From IMG/VR virus record IMGVR_UViG_2799112910_000003, positions 1 to 40,532 of that record: DNA of 40,532 bases, one strand, 5' to 3'. Shown here one piece after another: positions 17,988-27,328 of this stretch. The first letter of the stretch is position 1. Each line of letters begins with the position of its first letter. The stretch comes from a virus. The notes under the pieces are model-generated. The model did not search any database. It was not told the DNA's origin and saw only the letters and a list, made by a program, of their open reading frames with translations. The position numbers and the translations under genes are program-made.

Positions 17988-19796
17988 TTATATTAATTTT
18001 ATCATCGATTTACCAACACGTTCTTTTTCATCATCAAGTTCCAAGTTTAGTCTCCTTATAAGTTCACCCATTGCACCTGATGCACGAATGTTTACGGTAG
18101 TGCCAGAATCTAACCCAGTTTCATAGATCGCTGTTTTAAACGCTTGTACCATTGTTGCTAAAGGCGTTTCAATATTTGTTTGTCCTCGTGGTTGATCATT
18201 TAGAAAAGCTAAGAATGGGTCCCCACCATTTAAAACCGCTCCTTGTGCAAGCCCAGGTATCTTACCTTTGAAATTAGGTGAAAGATTCGATAAATTGGGT
18301 GCTATGAACCCTAATCCTTCTTTTAATTGCCCAAATGCCCAACCTATTCCATCAACAAGAAACTGTATGAACTTTTTTAGTGGTTCCATCCATTCTCCAA
18401 TTTTCTTTTTTACATTATCAAAAAAATCTTGAAGTCTCGGCCCCCAATAATTTGCTATTTCTTTGCACCATTTTACAATATCTTCAAAATGCAAAACAAT
18501 TAATGCTAAAGCTCCAGCGGCTAATGATATCCATCCTGTTGGACTTACCATTGCAGTACCAATTGAGACTAGATTAGATATGTTCTTTATGATTTTATAC
18601 GTTGCAATTGCTACTCCAATCCCTATAACAACGTCCCTTATAATAATCAGGGCCCTTGACAAGTTTTGCATTTTTTCATCATCGTAATTTATTTTAAAGT
18701 CGAGTGTTGGTAACTGAAGGCCATTAATATCTTGTTTGAGTGCATCTTCATCTATAGTAAAATCTAGTGGTGGCATTTCCATTTGACTAAGTGCATTCGT
18801 TATTTGAGATTCTATAGATTCTTCATCAATCTCCGGGTCTAAATTAACTTCCATGTCTTTAATGTCATCAAGGCCATTAACGTTCACATCAATTGAAGGA
18901 TCATTAGCTAAAGCTTCAAGTGCTTTCAAACTGTCTTCTTTTAATACTTCTAATTTATCAAAACTTGCTAATAATTCTCTAGTCTGTTTTACCTCTTTTT
19001 TTGTTTTTTTAACATTATCTTTTATTCTTTTTGTCTGTTTTGCTGGCTTTTCAAGGTTAAACATACTCTTTTTTGGGCTTGCAATCTTATAAAAATCTTG
19101 TACTGTTTTTTGTGCTTCTTTTACACTTTCAATCGGTTTTATAAGTTCTCCACCAGCTAAAAAGTTAATTAGTTTAATAATAAGGTTCGTAATCCAAATA
19201 AGTCCACGCCCTAGCGCCCTGATCCATGGGAGTATAACCTGGAATATTGGCGCAAATGCTCGTATTAGATTTGCCTTTACTATCAATAATGTACTTGCAA
19301 ATTTTGTATCACGCTTTATTAAATTTCCAAGTAATGTCGATATCCCCCGAAAAGATCGTGAAATAATATTAAATACAAATGCGCTTTTAAGTAATGAAAA
19401 AATACGCCGCCCCCATGCGCTAGTTAGTGCCGATGCAGTCTTTAAAGAAGTTATGGCGCTATCAATCCCTTTTTTAAAGCCACTTGAAAGTTCAATTTTT
19501 GTTTTATGTATCTCTTCTCTTAAAATAATATCTGTTTTTATTAATTCTTGATAACGTCCCTTCGCTTCTTCAAGACTTTTTACTAACTTAGAATATTCAG
19601 GGGTGTCTTTTAAATTGGCATTTACTTGTGACATTACTTTTTGTATATCATTGATAGAGCTAAGAGCTTCTTGAATATTCTTATTATTAAATTGTAATTC
19701 GATTTTTTTGTCAGCAAGTTTGTTTATTAAATTCTGATATTTTTTTTCTGCCTCATTAGACTCAATATCAATTCCAATTACAATTTTGTCACTCAT
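17988..19796 (-). CDS. Tape measure protein (short, 602 aa)
   Basis: IVIGIDIES N-terminus, coiled coils, LASFDKLEVL, IPGLAQGAVL..FLAFLNDQ. Confidence 0.8.
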   Translation of the reverse strand: MSDKIVIGIDIESNEAEKKYQNLINKLADKKIELQFNNKNIQEALSSINDIQKVMSQVNANLKDTPEYSKLVKSLEEAKGRYQELIKTDIILREEIHKTKIELSSGFKKGIDSAITSLKTASALTSAWGRRIFSLLKSAFVFNIISRSFRGISTLLGNLIKRDTKFASTLLIVKANLIRAFAPIFQVILPWIRALGRGLIWITNLIIKLINFLAGGELIKPIESVKEAQKTVQDFYKIASPKKSMFNLEKPAKQTKRIKDNVKKTKKEVKQTRELLASFDKLEVLKEDSLKALEALANDPSIDVNVNGLDDIKDMEVNLDPEIDEESIESQITNALSQMEMPPLDFTIDEDALKQDINGLQLPTLDFKINYDDEKMQNLSRALIIIRDVVIGIGVAIATYKIIKNISNLVSIGTAMVSPTGWISLAAGALALIVLHFEDIVKWCKEIANYWGPRLQDFFDNVKKKIGEWMEPLKKFIQFLVDGIGWAFGQLKEGLGFIAPNLSNLSPNFKGKIPGLAQGAVLNGGDPFLAFLNDQPRGQTNIETPLATMVQAFKTAIYETGLDSGTTVNIRASGAMGELIRRLNLELDDEKERVGKSMIKLI

Positions 19797-20065
19797 TTAA
19801 AATACTCCAGCATCTCTTTTTCAATTTTTGTTAGTTCATTTTTATGTGCGTGGTAATACTTTCTCTTGCTCTCTTTAACCTTTTCAGGGTGTTTTTGTTC
19901 ATATCTTTTGTTACGTTCTCTTTTGTCTTCTAATATTTTTTCATATTTTGTTGGGTTAACAACCTTTAAAAAGTTCATGTTACTTTTATAATTATTCCAA
20001 GGGAATCCTATACATTCCCAATGTTTCTTATCAAAAAAAGATGAGTGCATCTCTTTTATTGTCAT
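19793..20065 (-). CDS. Hypothetical basic protein
   Basis: 90-aa ORF overlapping the tape-measure start (ATGA-type coupling). Confidence 0.5.
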   Translation of the reverse strand: MTIKEMHSSFFDKKHWECIGFPWNNYKSNMNFLKVVNPTKYEKILEDKRERNKRYEQKHPEKVKESKRKYYHAHKNELTKIEKEMLEYFK

Positions 20066-20132
20066 AAAAGCCTCAAATTAGGGGAAATTTAAAAATAGCC
20101 GCAAAACGCGGCTATCTTTTTATTCTATTCAA

Positions 20133-20978
20133 TTAAGACCCAGCTATAACTTTAACTGTATATGCTTTAGTAGTTACAGAATCAACTTCATTTACAGTTT
20201 GTTTGAAAGCAAGATTATAAGTATTATCGGCAGTTAAACCACCAAGTGACATAGTCCAAGTGCCATTTGCACTAACGTTTGCAGTGTTCCCGGTTAATGT
20301 TGTGCCACTTTCCGTGATTGCTGTGATCGTCCCATTAGGAATACCTCCAGAACCTGTTATCACTAAACTATTAGTTGATAATGTGACACTAACTCCTGGG
20401 TAATATCCTGCCTGCGATACACCACCAATAGTCTTAATGTAGGGTATCTTCGTATTTGCTGGTGTCCATGAATAAGTTGTTATATTACCGGTATTTGTAA
20501 CTGTTACATATCCTACCTCGCCTTCACCTTCTCCATTTATAGTCATAGAAGCTTGCAAACCATTATCGTCTGCTGCTCCTCCAATTGAACTTAAATAAAC
20601 AGTTGCATCACGTCTAACTCCAATAAATTGATTATTCGTGTTAAAAATAGTTTCATCTTTATTGAATCTTATATATTCACTTCTATTGTCTGCTCCAACC
20701 GGCATTGTACGCAACATTATATTATAGTAATCTTGAATCCTGTTGTCTTTCTGATATAACATATTAAGTTCCATTGATATGTTATATGCTTTAAGCGTTG
20801 TGGTTGTAGTAGTTTCACAAATATAATGTAATTCCTCAGTGTCTGGGTCGAAAGACTCTTCAAGTTCCTCAGTGTTACAAATAAGTGCCCAAACTCTATC
20901 ATTATCATCCTTTGAAAATGGCATTGAAACATTTAATAAATGCCCAAGTATTGCACGTGATTCTGGTTGTACTCCCAT
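20133..20978 (-). CDS. Major tail protein with a C-terminal Ig-like extension
   Basis: EELEESFDPDTEE..YICE..TTTLKAY pattern; Thr/Gly-rich beta C-terminus; GGAGG RBS. Confidence 0.75.
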   Translation of the reverse strand: MGVQPESRAILGHLLNVSMPFSKDDNDRVWALICNTEELEESFDPDTEELHYICETTTTTTLKAYNISMELNMLYQKDNRIQDYYNIMLRTMPVGADNRSEYIRFNKDETIFNTNNQFIGVRRDATVYLSSIGGAADDNGLQASMTINGEGEGEVGYVTVTNTGNITTYSWTPANTKIPYIKTIGGVSQAGYYPGVSVTLSTNSLVITGSGGIPNGTITAITESGTTLTGNTANVSANGTWTMSLGGLTADNTYNLAFKQTVNEVDSVTTKAYTVKVIAGS

Positions 20979-20994
20979 TAGAAACCTCCTAAAA

Positions 20995-21558
20995 TTAAAT
21001 AATACTGCATAAGCAGCACTTTGAATTTGACATAACTTTAGATGTTAAATTGTATACTATTCCATTTACTAGTTGTGGTCTTAAATATTCATGTATCGTA
21101 TCTAATAGAAAACGCTTGAATTCTACAGGATCAGTAAACTTTTTTATTATACCTTCAGAATATCCATAACGTATTTCTGCAAGCCCAGATCTTTCAAATA
21201 AAACATTCCCATTTGATTTGCCAGAAACAACATTTGTGATATTGTTATAGATCTGGTCAAAATCATAATACTTTTCGCTCAAATCACACGCGCATCTTTT
21301 AACAACGTCAATAATCTGCAAAGGATAATTATTAATAGTGCTATCAGATATTCTAAGCATCGTAGCATCTGAAATTAAACTGCAAGCTTTTGGGGCTTGT
21401 TTTGCAAATTGTTCTTGTGTTAATTTATCACCTTTATAAGTTTCAGTATAATATTCATAAGTTATAAACATTTTAAACACCAACCCTATAAAATCCAGCA
21501 ATGTTAAATACACAACTACTATTTGAAAAATCGGAACAATTGATAAATGATTTGCCAT
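20995..21558 (-). CDS. Head-tail adaptor (real start probably MFITYEYY near 21471)
   Basis: ITYEYYTETYKG..VKRCACDLSE..ERSGLAEIRY. Confidence 0.7.
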   Translation of the reverse strand: MANHLSIVPIFQIVVVYLTLLDFIGLVFKMFITYEYYTETYKGDKLTQEQFAKQAPKACSLISDATMLRISDSTINNYPLQIIDVVKRCACDLSEKYYDFDQIYNNITNVVSGKSNGNVLFERSGLAEIRYGYSEGIIKKFTDPVEFKRFLLDTIHEYLRPQLVNGIVYNLTSKVMSNSKCCLCSII

Positions 21559-22036
21559 TGTTATTCATAAATTCAATTCGTTCACCAACAATGCGTGCCC
21601 CAATATTATTTGTAAAATCAGCACTGCTTGAATACATACAGCAAACACTAAGTGGCCAATTTATTCCACCTTCAGAATACGCGTTATATGGTAAACTACT
21701 CAGCCCCATATAATCATTTCCAGGTGTTGTGACATTGTATGAAACATTAATGCTAATGTAGCACATATCACCAAATACCATATACCAACAAGATGAAAAA
21801 TTTGTTGTATATGTTGGGTTATTCGCTGTTCCACTAGTAACAAAACCAATTAAACTTGGAACAAATGTGTTCTCTGACATAAGTGACTGTGAGGTGATAT
21901 TCACTTTGTTATTACTGTCTGGTTGCAGCGATGTCCCATTTACCTTTACACCTTGAATACCACATGTACCTTGAAGTACCCTTGTCACTGCTTCATCATA
22001 TTCTTGTCCAGAATGTGATGATTGATATTGTGCCAT
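21473..22036 (-). CDS. Tail fibre / receptor-binding-like protein
   Basis: N-terminus paralogous to 24845..25885; beta-rich RBP-head-like C-terminus. Confidence 0.55.
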   Translation of the reverse strand: MAQYQSSHSGQEYDEAVTRVLQGTCGIQGVKVNGTSLQPDSNNKVNITSQSLMSENTFVPSLIGFVTSGTANNPTYTTNFSSCWYMVFGDMCYISINVSYNVTTPGNDYMGLSSLPYNAYSEGGINWPLSVCCMYSSSADFTNNIGARIVGERIEFMNNNGKSFINCSDFSNSSCVFNIAGFYRVGV

Positions 22037-22153
22037 AATTACTCCAATTGTAAAAAAAATTAAAGTTTTTTATAATAGTCTCGGCGTAAGCTTTAAGCAC
22101 GGGGCTATTACTTCTTACCACAACTATTTTTGTTGGAGAAAAGAGGTGATAAC

Positions 22154-22264
22154 GTGATCAATTTTGTGATTAAGATATTGGAAATCATTTTATTAATTTT
22201 TCAAATCATAATACAAAAAAGTAACCGTGCTCGCGACACGGTTATTATTATTATCATAAAGTAA
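22154..22264 (+). CDS. Type I TA toxin-like peptide, 36 aa (MINFVIKILEIILLIFQIIIQKSNRARDTVIIIIIK); module about 22083-22316
   Basis: GAGGTG RBS with GTG start; GGCGTAAGC/GCTTACGCC pairing; antisense promoter. Confidence 0.68.
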   Translation: MINFVIKILEIILLIFQIIIQKSNRARDTVIIIIIK

Positions 22265-22424
22265 TACCCGTCAAAGGCTTACGCCATTATTCTACCACAA
22301 ACTATAAATTTGTCAATATATTGTTAAATAGTTTATAGTTTTTTATAATAGTTTTGGCGTGATTTGTTCGTTGGGTTCATCGTACTTTCCCCTGTATGTT
22401 TAAGGAGAAAGTGAGGTGATTTAG

Positions 22425-22529
22425 TTGCTTAATATTTTACTATTAATTTTGAATATAATCTTTAGATTTATTCAAATCATAGAAAAAATAAAGCGTCCCC
22501 CACGAAAACGGCGTGGGAGTCGTAAATAA
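22425..22529 (+). CDS. Type I TA toxin-like peptide, 34 aa (MLNILLLILNIIFRFIQIIEKIKRPPRKRRGSRK); module about 22356-22585
   Basis: GAGGTG RBS with TTG start; GGCGTGA..GGTTCATCG versus CGATGAAC..TCACGCC. Confidence 0.68.
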   Translation: MLNILLLILNIIFRFIQIIEKIKRPPRKRRGSRK

Positions 22530-22594
22530 AATGCTCAATATTTTACGATGAACTCGCTTACGAGTCACGCCACCATTATACCATATTACTCAAA

Positions 22595-22702
22595 TAAAAG
22601 CTACCGTGCTACAATCACGGTAGTAATTAAAATCCTTATAATTTAATGAACCCGTGCCCCACAGGCACGCTATTATTATATCTCAAACTACAAATAAGTC
22701 AA
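22595..22702 (-). ncRNA. Orphan antitoxin-like sRNA unit
   Basis: TTGACT..TATAAT; TAGCGTG..CGGGTTCAT 5' part; CTACCGTG hairpin with U-tract. Confidence 0.6.
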
Positions 22703-22704
22703 GG

Positions 22705-23808
22705 CTAATCTAACGTCACGGAAATATTCACATTAGACGTTGCTACCTGGACCGCATCGCGTTTGTAGATCGTGCCATTTGAGTTATAAACAGTGTACAT
22801 ATAATTTTGATTTGGCTGTGAAACAAATTCTACAATACCGCTTGAATTTGTTTTATTTTCAACCGGTGCTGAAGTAGAATCAACAACAGTGAACGTCACA
22901 GTGTAAGTTGTGGCTTGTGGGTTTGCAGCAATAATAGCGAACGGGAACCTTGAACCAGTCTGATTTAAAATATTAATCGGGTTTGGAATAGCAAATCCAA
23001 TTCTCCATTTAGCACGCATAACCTGACTGTCTTCATCAAACATACTGTGTAAACCATCAGTCATATTAGTCGCAGCATCTGCTGAAATCCTAACTGACAT
23101 ATCTTCCCTTACAGAATACAACGCCTGTTGGAAGTCACCTACTATCAAAAGTGCTCTTGAATCATCCCATGCACCATTGTCCAAATAATATTTGTCGAGT
23201 GCCTCAATGAACGGGAACCATATTGGCTGTCCAATAGTGTCAACATTCATCCTAAATTTTGCTTTCATCCCCACACCCGCTACCAATGCGGTAGGGTTGT
23301 ATCCTGACTGCTCTACTAAACTCAGTGCATTATTTATATCATTATTTATATTTGTCGTCTGCTGCACAACCGCACCTGCCTGATAACAGGCGGTAACAAT
23401 ATCAGATCTAAACCTTCTTGGTTTATCAATTCCCATAAATACAGCCTGGTCAAACGCCTTACCATATACTTCAGAAAGTCTAGGTAATATCTCACCCCAC
23501 ATATCGTACGCAGCATCCTCTCGTACGTTATCAGGAATGATGACACGTGCTGCATATTCTTCAGCGTACATCTCAACCATTTCCCACGCCTGTGAGGTTA
23601 ATGGTTTTATTGCATTATCTGAATTTAGCCATCCACCTTGTGGTAACATTGAAAGTGCAGGCATTAAAAGTTCGTCACGAAGCATATTACGAGTACGTCT
23701 AAATATACGAAGTGCTACAGAATATCTAAGGGCACCTTGTATAATTTCTCGCGATATTTCTGGGGGTATCAACGCCTGTGCTGAAGTTCTAGTAATATAA
23801 TCTGCCAT
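22705..23808 (-). CDS. Major capsid protein with a C-terminal Ig-like tail
   Basis: LIPPEISREIIQG..YGKAFDQAVFMG..LLIVGDF..MRAKWRIGFAIPNP. Confidence 0.9.
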   Translation of the reverse strand: MADYITRTSAQALIPPEISREIIQGALRYSVALRIFRRTRNMLRDELLMPALSMLPQGGWLNSDNAIKPLTSQAWEMVEMYAEEYAARVIIPDNVREDAAYDMWGEILPRLSEVYGKAFDQAVFMGIDKPRRFRSDIVTACYQAGAVVQQTTNINNDINNALSLVEQSGYNPTALVAGVGMKAKFRMNVDTIGQPIWFPFIEALDKYYLDNGAWDDSRALLIVGDFQQALYSVREDMSVRISADAATNMTDGLHSMFDEDSQVMRAKWRIGFAIPNPINILNQTGSRFPFAIIAANPQATTYTVTFTVVDSTSAPVENKTNSSGIVEFVSQPNQNYMYTVYNSNGTIYKRDAVQVATSNVNISVTLD

Positions 23809-23819
23809 AGTATTTCTCC

Positions 23820-24338
23820 TTAAAATTTATTTATTTTTCCACGGAAAAAATCGTTCATTCGTGCGTGTGAAGACACCGAAACCTGATTATTTTCAAAAGT
23901 TGGTGCCGTATTTATCATTGGTCCTTTAGGACTATTCCTTAAAAACTGTGGATGTGTCTTTTTATATTTTTCAAGTGCATCGTCAAAACTTGCTCCATCT
24001 TTTAATGACCGAGTAATATCGTGCACTATAAAATCTACAAATTGATCATCAAATCCACTTGATAATACATTGAATTTTCTACCGTTATTCTTTTGCGTTT
24101 CTAATTCTTTTATAGCATTTGCTCTACTTTTCAATTTTTCTTTTATTTCTTCAAAGGAATGCTCACCTAAGTCTTTCAAAATGCGTCTTTCAGTATTTCT
24201 AATTATCCTTTCTTCTCTCGCTTTCCTATAATCGAATTTTGCTTCTTCACTAGGTTCTGATGCATTTGCAGTTTCTTCGTCACTATTCTCCGATTCTAAC
24301 TGCTGTGTTACTATTTCATTGCTCATATATACCTCCAA
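23820..24338 (-). CDS. Capsid scaffolding protein
   Basis: Acidic N-terminus, coiled coil, FDDALEKYKKTHPQF; directly upstream of the capsid gene. Confidence 0.75.
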   Translation of the reverse strand: MEVYMSNEIVTQQLESENSDEETANASEPSEEAKFDYRKAREERIIRNTERRILKDLGEHSFEEIKEKLKSRANAIKELETQKNNGRKFNVLSSGFDDQFVDFIVHDITRSLKDGASFDDALEKYKKTHPQFLRNSPKGPMINTAPTFENNQVSVSSHARMNDFFRGKINKF

Positions 24339-24410
24339 GCTTTTTTAAGGGTTAGCTCCCTAATTACTGTTTTTTTGGGTCAGTTCCCTAAGAGCCGTTG
24401 TTAACGGGGT

Positions 24411-24845
24411 TCAGCGCCCCATATGCCTTAGACTTGTGATTTCCCAGTGCGGTAACACACTCAGATATTCACGCCACAAATTAATAATAAAAATATTATT
24501 CGGGAATGCATTTTTGAATGTTTCTAAATCAGTAAATGCATAATTTGAAAAATCACCAAGTGCAACAAAATCACGCTGTGTCTGGAATGTAAATGCGTTT
24601 GTTTTGTCACTAAGTGATGCAAATTCGTTTGGCAAATAAAAATTTTTACCATCTAAAGTTTGTTTCATATCATTTACTACTTTGAATTTGATTAAAACAA
24701 TAAGATGATCGATAGATTCGTCAAATCCAAGTGCACGCTCATTAGCATATGATTGTTGATATTCTACATTATTTAAAACTTCACTGTGATATTGTTGGTA
24801 AGAATCAATAAAGTTAAATAGTGTGATTTTTTGACTATATAACAT
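24411..24845 (-). CDS. Head-closure-like protein
   Basis: KITLFNF..FTFQTQRDFVALG..LPHWEI. Confidence 0.65.
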   Translation of the reverse strand: MLYSQKITLFNFIDSYQQYHSEVLNNVEYQQSYANERALGFDESIDHLIVLIKFKVVNDMKQTLDGKNFYLPNEFASLSDKTNAFTFQTQRDFVALGDFSNYAFTDLETFKNAFPNNIFIINLWREYLSVLPHWEITSLRHMGR

Positions 24846-25885
24846 TATCTAATAACCAACATTTGAATATTTAAATCTACGGTTGGGACTTCATCAAAAC
24901 AAGTAGCGGTAATTTCATTAGCAGCCGTCGTGATTTTACTAACATTCCCCCAACTACTAAGTTCTTGAGCAGCTGTTGAAGAGGAATTTGACAATACAAC
25001 ATCTGTTATTGGCGTATCAGTAGCCAATATCCCAGAAACTGATACCGTTTGAGTATAGGGCGCATTTGCGGACCAACTGTTCGACGAAAAGGTCGCAGTA
25101 TACGTATTTTTGGTTGCAACGCTGGGTTTGTTTAATAAATCGTTATATGAACCAGTGGTAGCAACAGTTGCCAGACTGCTTGAATCAGCTTTATTGTTTA
25201 AATATAGTGTTACTGCATTTTGTGACATAACATTTGCAGTTGAAGTACCAGTTGCTTGAACAACTGACGGGACCGTTGGTGTACCTGATAAATCAGAATA
25301 TGCTCCGGTAGTTGCGACTGTCGCTAAACTACTAGTATCCGCCTTAGAACCAAGTGCAACTGTGACTGCGTTTTGTGACATAACACTTGTTGTCGAAGTA
25401 CCAGTATTTTGGGTAACTGATGGTACTGTTGGTGTGCCAGTCAAATCTGCATACGCTCCAGTAGTAGCAACTGTTGCTAAATTTGGTTTTCCATTTAGAT
25501 CCGAATAAGCTCCTGTAGTAGCAACTGTTGCTAAATTCGGTTTTCCACTTAGATCCGAATAAGCTCCTGTAGTTGCAACAGCAGACAAATTCGGTCTTCC
25601 AGACAAATCAGAATATGCACCAGTAGTCGCAACCTGGCTAAGATCGCTAGTGTCAGCTTTTTGTGCAAGAGATGTTGTAATAGCATTTTGTGACATAGTA
25701 CTCGTTGTAGAAGTTCCAGTGGTCTGCAAAAGTGTTGGCACTACTACATTGACTTTGTTCCCACTATCAGGTGTTAAATCCGTACCATTTACCTTCACGC
25801 CCTGAATACCAGCGGTCCCGTTTAATACTGAAGTTACTGCATCGTCGATATTTACACCTGAGTGTACTGATTGATAATCTGCCAT
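24845..25885 (-). CDS. Tail fibre protein with 13-aa repeats
   Basis: Repeated LATVATTGAYSDLSGKP units and MSQNAVT repeats. Confidence 0.7.
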   Translation of the reverse strand: MADYQSVHSGVNIDDAVTSVLNGTAGIQGVKVNGTDLTPDSGNKVNVVVPTLLQTTGTSTTSTMSQNAITTSLAQKADTSDLSQVATTGAYSDLSGRPNLSAVATTGAYSDLSGKPNLATVATTGAYSDLNGKPNLATVATTGAYADLTGTPTVPSVTQNTGTSTTSVMSQNAVTVALGSKADTSSLATVATTGAYSDLSGTPTVPSVVQATGTSTANVMSQNAVTLYLNNKADSSSLATVATTGSYNDLLNKPSVATKNTYTATFSSNSWSANAPYTQTVSVSGILATDTPITDVVLSNSSSTAAQELSSWGNVSKITTAANEITATCFDEVPTVDLNIQMLVIR

Positions 25886-25899
25886 ATTTTTTCTCCTTT

Positions 25900-26142
25900 T
25901 TAATTTTTACTTAGAACTTTGAAAATTTGGTCTTCCGATGTAATAAACTGTGAAAATAAATCGCCATCTTCTACTAAAAAATTATCATAAGTTGACATTA
26001 GATTTAGAAATCCATACTTGAGGATTGCTTCTAGTCTAGATTGTGGTACCAAATCTGATAAGAAATCTCGAGTTGGTTTGAATGCACCTTCTTTTAAAAA
26101 AGGTTTCAACCAGTCTGGTGTGTTTGGGTCCATATATATCAC
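25900..26142 (-). CDS. Hypothetical protein
   Basis: 80-aa ORF with a GGAGGTG RBS. Confidence 0.5.
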   Translation of the reverse strand: MIYMDPNTPDWLKPFLKEGAFKPTRDFLSDLVPQSRLEAILKYGFLNLMSTYDNFLVEDGDLFSQFITSEDQIFKVLSKN

Positions 26143-26148
26143 CTCCCT

Positions 26149-26733
26149 TTAATTAGGCAAAGCTTGAATTTTAGAAGAATAACCACTCCAAGCTGTTTGA
26201 TAAGCTGAAACACTCTCGGCTGGTACATAAATTACTAATTTCGATGGGGTATTGTTAAATACACCACCTTCCAACGTAGGTGGCGTTGGATTTAGGACCG
26301 TTACACTTGCAAGTAAAATGCAGGATTCAAATGCAGAGCCTCCTATTGACGTTACAGAATTTGGGATTGTTACACTTGGAAGTGAAATGCAGGAATAAAA
26401 AGCATAGCTTCCTATTGAAGTCACAGAATTTGGGATTGTTACACTTGCAAGTGAAGTGCAGGAATCAAATGTAGAGCCTTCTATTGACGTCACAGAATTT
26501 GGAATTGTTACACTTGTAAGTGAAGTGCAGGAAGCAAATGCATAGCCCCCTATTGAAGTCACAGAATTTGGAATTGTTACACTTGCAAGTGAAGTGCAGT
26601 GATAAAATGCGTAACGGCGAATTGTTGTAATACTTCCTAAAGCCTTTGCACTTATTTTTTTTATAGTATTTTGTATTAAATCTAATACATTACTATTAAG
26701 ATCATTTTTATATGTTTTAAAAGCTTGAGATAT
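26149..26733 (-). CDS. BspA-type leucine-rich repeat protein (apparent ATA start)
   Basis: [17 protein letters not shown] repeats; the frame is open up to an ATA at 26733, downstream of AAGGAG. Confidence 0.75.
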   Translation of the reverse strand: MSQAFKTYKNDLNSNVLDLIQNTIKKISAKALGSITTIRRYAFYHCTSLASVTIPNSVTSIGGYAFASCTSLTSVTIPNSVTSIEGSTFDSCTSLASVTIPNSVTSIGSYAFYSCISLPSVTIPNSVTSIGGSAFESCILLASVTVLNPTPPTLEGGVFNNTPSKLVIYVPAESVSAYQTAWSGYSSKIQALPN

Positions 26734-26753
26734 AATTTCTCATCTCCTTCATT

Positions 26754-27242
26754 TTAAGATATAGCTTGGATTTTAGAAGAATAAGCACTCCAAGCTGTTT
26801 GATAAGCTGAAACACTCTCGGCTGGTACATAAATTACTAATGCTGTTGAGGTAGCATAAAACGCATTAGTACCCAAGGTAGGTGGCGTTGGATTTAGGAC
26901 CATTACACTTGCAAGTGAATTGCAAAAATAAAATACACGGTCTCCTATTGACGTCACAGAATTTGGGATTGTTACACTTGCAAGTGGGCAGAAAGCAAAT
27001 GCATTGTGCTCTATTGACGTCACAGAATTTGGAATTGTTACACTTGCAAGTGAAGTGTAGTAATAAAATGCACTATTTCTAATAAGACGAGTCCCAAACG
27101 GAATATCAATAGAAGTAATTGAACCATCAACTAACGATCGAAAAACATCATAATTTTGCTTTTTTTGGTTAAGCAATATTGAATTGCTCATATTATTCCC
27201 CTTGAAATAAAATATGTATGGTGTGGCTTTATACCACACCAT
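26754..27242 (-). CDS. BspA-type leucine-rich repeat protein (real start probably MSNSILL)
   Basis: [11 protein letters not shown] repeats; C-terminus nearly identical to that of the neighbour. Confidence 0.85.
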   Translation of the reverse strand: MVWYKATPYIFYFKGNNMSNSILLNQKKQNYDVFRSLVDGSITSIDIPFGTRLIRNSAFYYYTSLASVTIPNSVTSIEHNAFAFCPLASVTIPNSVTSIGDRVFYFCNSLASVMVLNPTPPTLGTNAFYATSTALVIYVPAESVSAYQTAWSAYSSKIQAIS

Positions 27243-27328
27243 TAAAACGTACGAAAATTAAGGAAACAAAAAAAATAATGGATGATGAAGGAAACGAATA
27301 AAAAGAAATAAGCGGTGAATCTTCCGAA

